Below are positions 37,456 through 43,032 of a stretch of 43,032 nt of DNA, piece after piece. Each line of letters begins with the position of its first letter. The stretch's first letter is position 1. Source of the DNA: Chiloscyllium plagiosum (Eukaryota); NCBI RefSeq assembly GCF_004010195.1, contig NC_057718.1:41327208-41370239 (forward strand), in the 5' to 3' direction. The notes under the pieces were generated by a model, which was not told the origin of the DNA, searched no databases, and saw nothing but the letters and a program-made list of their open reading frames with translations. A program made the translations under genes and the position numbers.

Positions 37456-38397
37456 AGGGATGTAGATGTTATACTGCAGTTAAACAAAACCTTAGTTAGA
37501 TCTCACTTGCATTACTGTGAGCAGATCTTAGGAAGGATGTTTTGGCCTTGGAGGGAGTTCAATACAGGTTTACAAGGATGATATCTTGACTTTACAGATT
37601 AAACAAATTGTCTTTATTCTCTAGACCATTAAAAGGTGAGTGGGTGATCTAATCAAGCTCTTCAGGATATTAACAGGGAATGACAGGGTAGATAAAGATA
37701 AACTATTTCCAGTAGTTGATTCTCAAATCAGGAAGCATTGTCACAGAATTGGGGCCCGACCATAAAGTCGAAATGTTAGCAAACACATTCAAAGAGTAGC
37801 GGAGGTTTGGAACTCTTTTCCTCAAATACTGATTGAAGTTAATTCAATTGTTAAACTTAAATCTGGGAGAGACAAATATTTATGAAGTAAGGGTACCAAG
37901 GTTTTATGGGCCCAAGCCAGGCCTACGGAGATAGGCCACAGAACAGCCATGAATTCTTTGTATTGTGGAGCAAGCTCAAGGGCTTGAATGACCCATCCTT
38001 CCTATGTTCCTATGACCCTCTGTATGAAGGTTACCTCTTTCGACTTGACTGACAGCCAAGATTGAGTACAACTGTCAGCCATGCCAAACTTACTGGCTTT
38101 GTTCCTGTGCTAAGTAAGACAACAGTGCTGTGAAATTGTGTCTCTGGCCGAGGGGGTAAAGCACAAAAAGGCAGGGTTAGGCAATGCAAGACAGGGGTGT
38201 GAGCACTAGGTAGGCTCAGAGCGAATGAGTGCAAGGGCAGTGAGTGAACAGGCTGGAGTTGCAGCATGGTGCAGTCAGCTGGGGTGCTGTTCCTGAGCAC
38301 TAAGTGTTCTTGCTGCAGTATTATAGTAGTAGCTGCCAGTACAGTCTGAGGTACAGCACTGAAGTGCAGAAGTGTCCTCTAAGTGAATTGGTGATGG

Positions 38398-38734
38398 CAT
38401 AGAATCCCGACTGTGTGGAAACAGGCCATATGCCCTCACAAGTCCACACTGACCCACTGAAGACTATCTCACCCAGACCTATTCCTTTACCCTGTTACTT
38501 TTTCTCCTGACTAATGCACCTAACCCACATATCCCTGGATATATGGGCAATTTAGCATGGCCAATTCACCTAACCTACACATCTTTGGACTGTGGGAGGA
38601 AACTGGAGCACCTGAGGAAACCCAAGCAGACATGAGGAGAATGTGCAAACTCCACATAGGCAGTTGCCCGAGAATTGAACCCGCATCCCTGGCACTGAGG
38701 CAGCAGTGCTAACTACTGAGCCACTGTACTGCCC
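38398..38734 (-). mobile_element. HE1-type SINE, near full length
   Basis: Minus strand starts gggcagtacagtggctcagtagttagcactgctgcctcag; core cacatctttggactgtgggaggaaac on plus. Confidence 0.9.
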
Positions 38735-41700
38735 TGTGCCATGAGAGTTCTTAGAAGCTGGCACATGCCGGATGTCAGTGTCTGTAGATGTAGGATGCAT
38801 GTGGCTGGTGAGCATACCGTGAGATGTTGGTACCTGGTGCCCAACATGGTGTCTAAACAACCTGTGGCCTGAACTTACCTGGTACTTGCTCTGATTGCCA
38901 TGTCAGGAACTCTCAACATCTAGATTGTTTAGTGTGCTTGCTAAGATGCATAGCTGAGTATTAATGAGCAGAGTATAGGCACTAATGGGACATTTAATAA
39001 ACTCTAATACCCCTATAAATGGCAACAGATAGCTGTAGGCCACTCAGCAAATGTACAAAAGACACAGTGATTTGTTGGCAACATTGAGATAGGCCTCACC
39101 AGACTTCGGACATGATTTTGCCACAAATTTTATCACAGTCCACATCATTCGGGGCCAATAATTCCTGTGTTTAAGTTACTATATGCGCTATTTGTTCTCA
39201 TGCAGAACAGGCACAACCCCCTCATCCACTGTCTCACAGCAGGCACTCCTCCCCCCATTCCCAGTAGATAGAAGATCTGACAGATGGCACTCACAGCCCA
39301 GCAAGAGACATGCTAGTGACTCATTTCCTTTCTTTCATCCTCTGCTTGCTGCTCATCTAATCACATCAGCAGCAAATGTGAGGCAGAACCAGCCTGTAAC
39401 TGGAAGAGTGGTTCCTCACCAATTCGGTCATTTCTCTAATCAGTTGCACCCATGATTGAACTTTCCCAAGCACTTTCAGAACGAATTTGCCCGTTGCCCC
39501 CATGGATGTTGAGCACTTCTGCGAAATGAGTTTGGAACGTATCTGTGTAATAGTATGTCTTAGCACTTAATAGTTAACTGTCTGCAGTATGAAGATGAGT
39601 TAACTTGTTTGGTAGTGAGTGCTGATTTATATTGCCAAACACAAAGTGTATATCTCTTGCACAGATACTTAAAAAGTCTATAATGTCTAAAATGTGAAAG
39701 TCAAACAATCATATAAAAGTATCAACTAAGAATTAGAAAACTAAGATTTCCAGAAAAAAGAACAGGACGTTTTAGTGAGAATGTAATCAATTGATCTAAG
39801 TGTTGCTGAAGACATCAATTAATAATGCGATGCATTAACTGAAAATAGCTCTTATTCAGAACACAACCATTACAATTTCCAATTGAAAGTGTAACATAAC
39901 TCACATTTGGTAGCACAATCTGTGTGTTGGAATGCAGAGGTCACACATGGAACTTCCTTAGAATTCTGAAATATGCATCTTAATTGTTACTCTTCACATT
40001 CTGGTATATATCAAACAACATGAAAGTGATAATCCTCAAAGTTCTATGACTGTGATCAAACAACTCATTTATCTCAGACAACAGAACACATGAACTTTGA
40101 ATACAATGGAAACTGGGAAAATTTGATGCCTGTAGCATTTCAAAGCAGTGAATACAGTTAAGCATTACTGAAAATACTCTAGAAGGTTTATAATTTACTA
40201 ATTTAAGCAATTAAATGAGAAACCAGTTAGCTTTTTTCAGAATGTTGACATTTTGCAGAAAATCCATGGTACAAGTAAGGTCACTGAATACCAAAAATAT
40301 TTAACTTGTGACCTAATTGTCACACCACGGGTGACTTCACTGTTTGCAAAATATGTGATGAAGTCATTCACTTTCTATTTTTTGACAGTAAATGGCCCAT
40401 TGCCACAACTCCTTTACTTCAGCAGAATTACAATTAAATTTCAAAAAGCCAAAATAGTCCATTCTCAGTCCTTTCCTTTCAAGTTCTGGTGCATTCATGC
40501 ATGACCCAAAAGACGTGATTCATTCCGATTCAGTGGGGACAAGATCTATGATGTTTTTCTGGCGAATCAGCCATTCTAGTCATGTGGCACCTACCATTTA
40601 AATTGAATGGCACGCCATTGGGTTAAGGCCTTAAGATTAGGTAGGGTTTGCCAACAACATGGTTTGCTGCATGGCGTTGGGAAGAGAGGAGGACTCCAAG
40701 GGAGAGGGCGTCATTCCTCAAGGCTATAAGTCCATGGATGGCAGGGTCCTAGATTAGTTTTGGTACAGTGGAGTTTTCTTCCTGTCTGGGTCCCACAAAA
40801 ATAATTCAGCACTAACCTTTGGTGGGCCTCTTCAACTGCATTAACCATAGGACTGATTGGAGACTGGGCAGAATTAGCTCTGATTAGCTTTGATCCAAAA
40901 TCAGGCTTCTATTTTTGTCAAAGGACTCTGACTTGCATGTCAAATGTAGCCATCCTGTAAAACATGCCATTTATGTAGATACTCAGTGGTTAGCTTCTAT
41001 CAAAATACAGTTAATTATATCAGCCATGTGAATAGGATGGGATGGTCAATACTGGCAAATAATATCTGACGAATCTAGTCAAAACGGATTCTATTACTGC
41101 TGTCACATCAAACTAAATCTTTCTCCACGCACCCTCCTGACAGCTCAGGCAAAACCTCTCATTGGCAAAGATTGCTAAATCTGCCATTGTTTCATTTATC
41201 TTTCCACATTGTGAACTGTAGTTTCAAACAATAATGAGAAATATGCTTCTGATCTAATACAAACTGTAAGTTATGCAATTTTGGAATATAATCCACAGTC
41301 TGTAAGAGTCATGGTCCGGGGAGAATTTGCCACAGAATTTCTTTTGTGATGTTTCTAAGGTTTGAAATATGAGAACCGTTGAATTCAATACCTTTATCCT
41401 ATGCATGAAGTAACAGCATCAAGCACTCCCAGCTCAGGGATTAAGTATGATTTTTTAAAACCCTCAATCTCACCTCAACAATGTAGTTCAATCTCTGCAC
41501 CCACAACCTCTTCACTAGATGGGATTTCCATTTCCCACGTTGCTTATTATGATCCGTCTTCTTAAAAATGCCAAAATATTATCATCATTTAGACACTACT
41601 AGTAGAAAGACTTCTGAAATTCTCTTCACGCAACATCTTTAAATGATCTCCATAAGTAGACATCCACACCCACTAAAACCACAATTAGTGCAATTTGAAA

Positions 41701-42024
41701 GGTAATCTCAAACCTCAGTTTTCAGTGCAGCTCTTACTGTTCAGATTTTATACTGAGAATCTCGGCACAGCCCAACTCTTACCTTACACAGCCAGGCGTA
41801 TCAATTTGAGGAGAATAGCTGAGAGATGGTAGCTTGCTTCTACCATCAGTGCCAAGTACTAACACTGGAATATTTGAGAAATAAGATTCAATGAGAATGG
41901 GTAATAGTTTGAGGGTTACAATTTGAGTAATGACACCCAGAGGAAAAATAGAGTGTACAAATGTAAGACTGCACTGGGAAATATGATCAAAGTATGGAGA
42001 ACAGGCAAAATAATTAAAGGCTCT

Positions 42025-42141
42025 TAGAGTCATAGAGTCATAGAGTTTTAAAGCACGGAAACAGACCCTTCGGCCCAACTCGTCCATGCTGACCAGTTCT
42101 CCCAATCTAATCTAGCCCCATTTGCCAGTACTTGGCCCTCT
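42025..42141 (-). mobile_element. CR1 LINE 3' tail
   Basis: (agagtcat)n tail and ggaaacagacccttcggcccaactcgtccatg. Confidence 0.8.
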
Positions 42142-42384
42142 AAAGATGGAAATGTGTTGCTGGAGAAGCGCAGCAGGTCAGGCAGCATCTAGGGAACAGG
42201 AGAATCGACGTTTCGGGCATTAGCCCTTCTTCAGGAATGAGGAAAGTTTGTCCAGCAGGCTAAGATAAAAGATAGGGAGGAGGGACTTGGGGGAGGGGCG
42301 TCGGAAATGTGATAGGTGGAAAAAGGTCAAGGTGAGGGTGATAGGACAGATGGGGGTGGGGGCGGAGAGGTCGGGAAGAAGATT
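42142..42384 (-). mobile_element. Neptune-type PLE terminal region, inverted relative to 42526-43032
   Basis: Contains an HHR; 42337-42384 is a diverged reverse complement of about 42985-43032. Confidence 0.9.
42204..42238 (-). ncRNA. Minimal hammerhead ribozyme, intact core
   Basis: cattc-CTGAAGA-a-gggc-taat-gccc-GAAAC-GTC-gat. Confidence 0.75.
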
Positions 42385-42525
42385 CTATCAGGACATAGTG
42401 ATCAAAAATGGTGTGTTTTGGCTTGTGCATGAGATGAATTTTCATAGACCAGCTGCCATATCTCACGAGGGTAGCAATCTAATCTCATTTTCACTGTCTT
42501 ATCAATATAGTCAAGACTGCTTAAA

Positions 42526-43032
42526 CAGGAGGTGCAAGACTTGCGCCCACACCTCCCCTCTCACCTCCCTCCAAGGCCCCAAAGGAAACTTCCATATCCG
42601 CCACAGATTCACCTGTACCTCCACACATATCATCTATTGCATCCCCTGTACCCGATGTGGCCTCCTCTATATTGGGGAGACAAGCCGCCTACTTGCAGAG
42701 CGATTCAGAGAGCACCTCTGGGCCACCCGGACGAACCAACCCAACCAACCTGTGGCACAGCATTTCAACTCCCCCTCCCACTCCACCGAGGATATGCAGG
42801 TCATTGGACTCATCCACCGCCAAACCACAACAACCCGACGGTCGGAGGAGGAGCGTCTCATCTTCCGACTGGGAACCCTCCAACCACAGGGGATGAACTT
42901 AGACTTCACCAGTTTCTTCATCCCCCCTCCCCCCACCTTGTCTCAGCCGAATCCCTCCAGCCCGGCACCGCCTTCCTGACCTGCAGTCTTCTTCTTGACC
43001 TCTCCGCCTCCATCCTACTCCGACCCATCACC
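42526..43032 (+). mobile_element. Neptune-type PLE with open GIY-YIG endonuclease domain; runs off the window
   Basis: RRCKTC...FTCTSTHIIYCIPCTRCGLLYIGETSRLLAERFREH...VAQHFN...EERLIFRLGTLQPQGMN, stop at 42979. Confidence 0.93.

Larger units (their letters stand above)
33200..38015 (+). mobile_element. Long old CR1 LINE ORF2 hosting nested insertions
   Basis: Colinear fragments HLSNSDH, KDNKKRFYCYIKGK | LADVLNDHFASILT, QHGF..G.SCL | QKAFDKVPHKRL, ISRFADDTKLG, WQMDFN and 3' tail cctatgttcctatg near 38000. Confidence 0.85.

Noticed and set aside
42287..42979. 230-aa ORF as a host gene
   Set aside because: The first ~80 aa come from antisense PLE terminus and spacer; only the remainder is a PLE GIY-YIG domain.

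Overview
Repeat-dense, non-coding-looking eukaryotic DNA. HE1-type and Deu-domain SINEs plus abundant CR1 LINEs point to a shark or other elasmobranch (inferred from recognised repeat families, not from a search). I could not confidently identify any host protein-coding gene; the recognisable ORFs are fragments of mobile elements. These are CR1 LINEs (one young copy with a 264-aa open RT segment), a Rex1/Babar 3' end, Penelope-like elements (PLEs) of Neptune and Poseidon type (RT and GIY-YIG endonuclease), decayed PIF/Harbinger transposase and Myb/SANT ORFs, probable solo LTRs, SINEs and satellites. The most interesting signal is about 12 minimal hammerhead-ribozyme (HHR) motifs (CUGANGA-stem II-GAAAC-GUH, several degenerate) in about four PLE terminal families. 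They include a ~660-bp palindrome with an HHR on each strand, a TSD-flanked 188-bp fold-back mini-element, six short copies starting right at the ribozyme, and a PLE insertion fused to a 273-bp copy of DNA from 1.8 kb away. HHRs in PLEs are already described; the arrangements here are the part worth testing. Boundaries of old repeats were placed by eye and are approximate.
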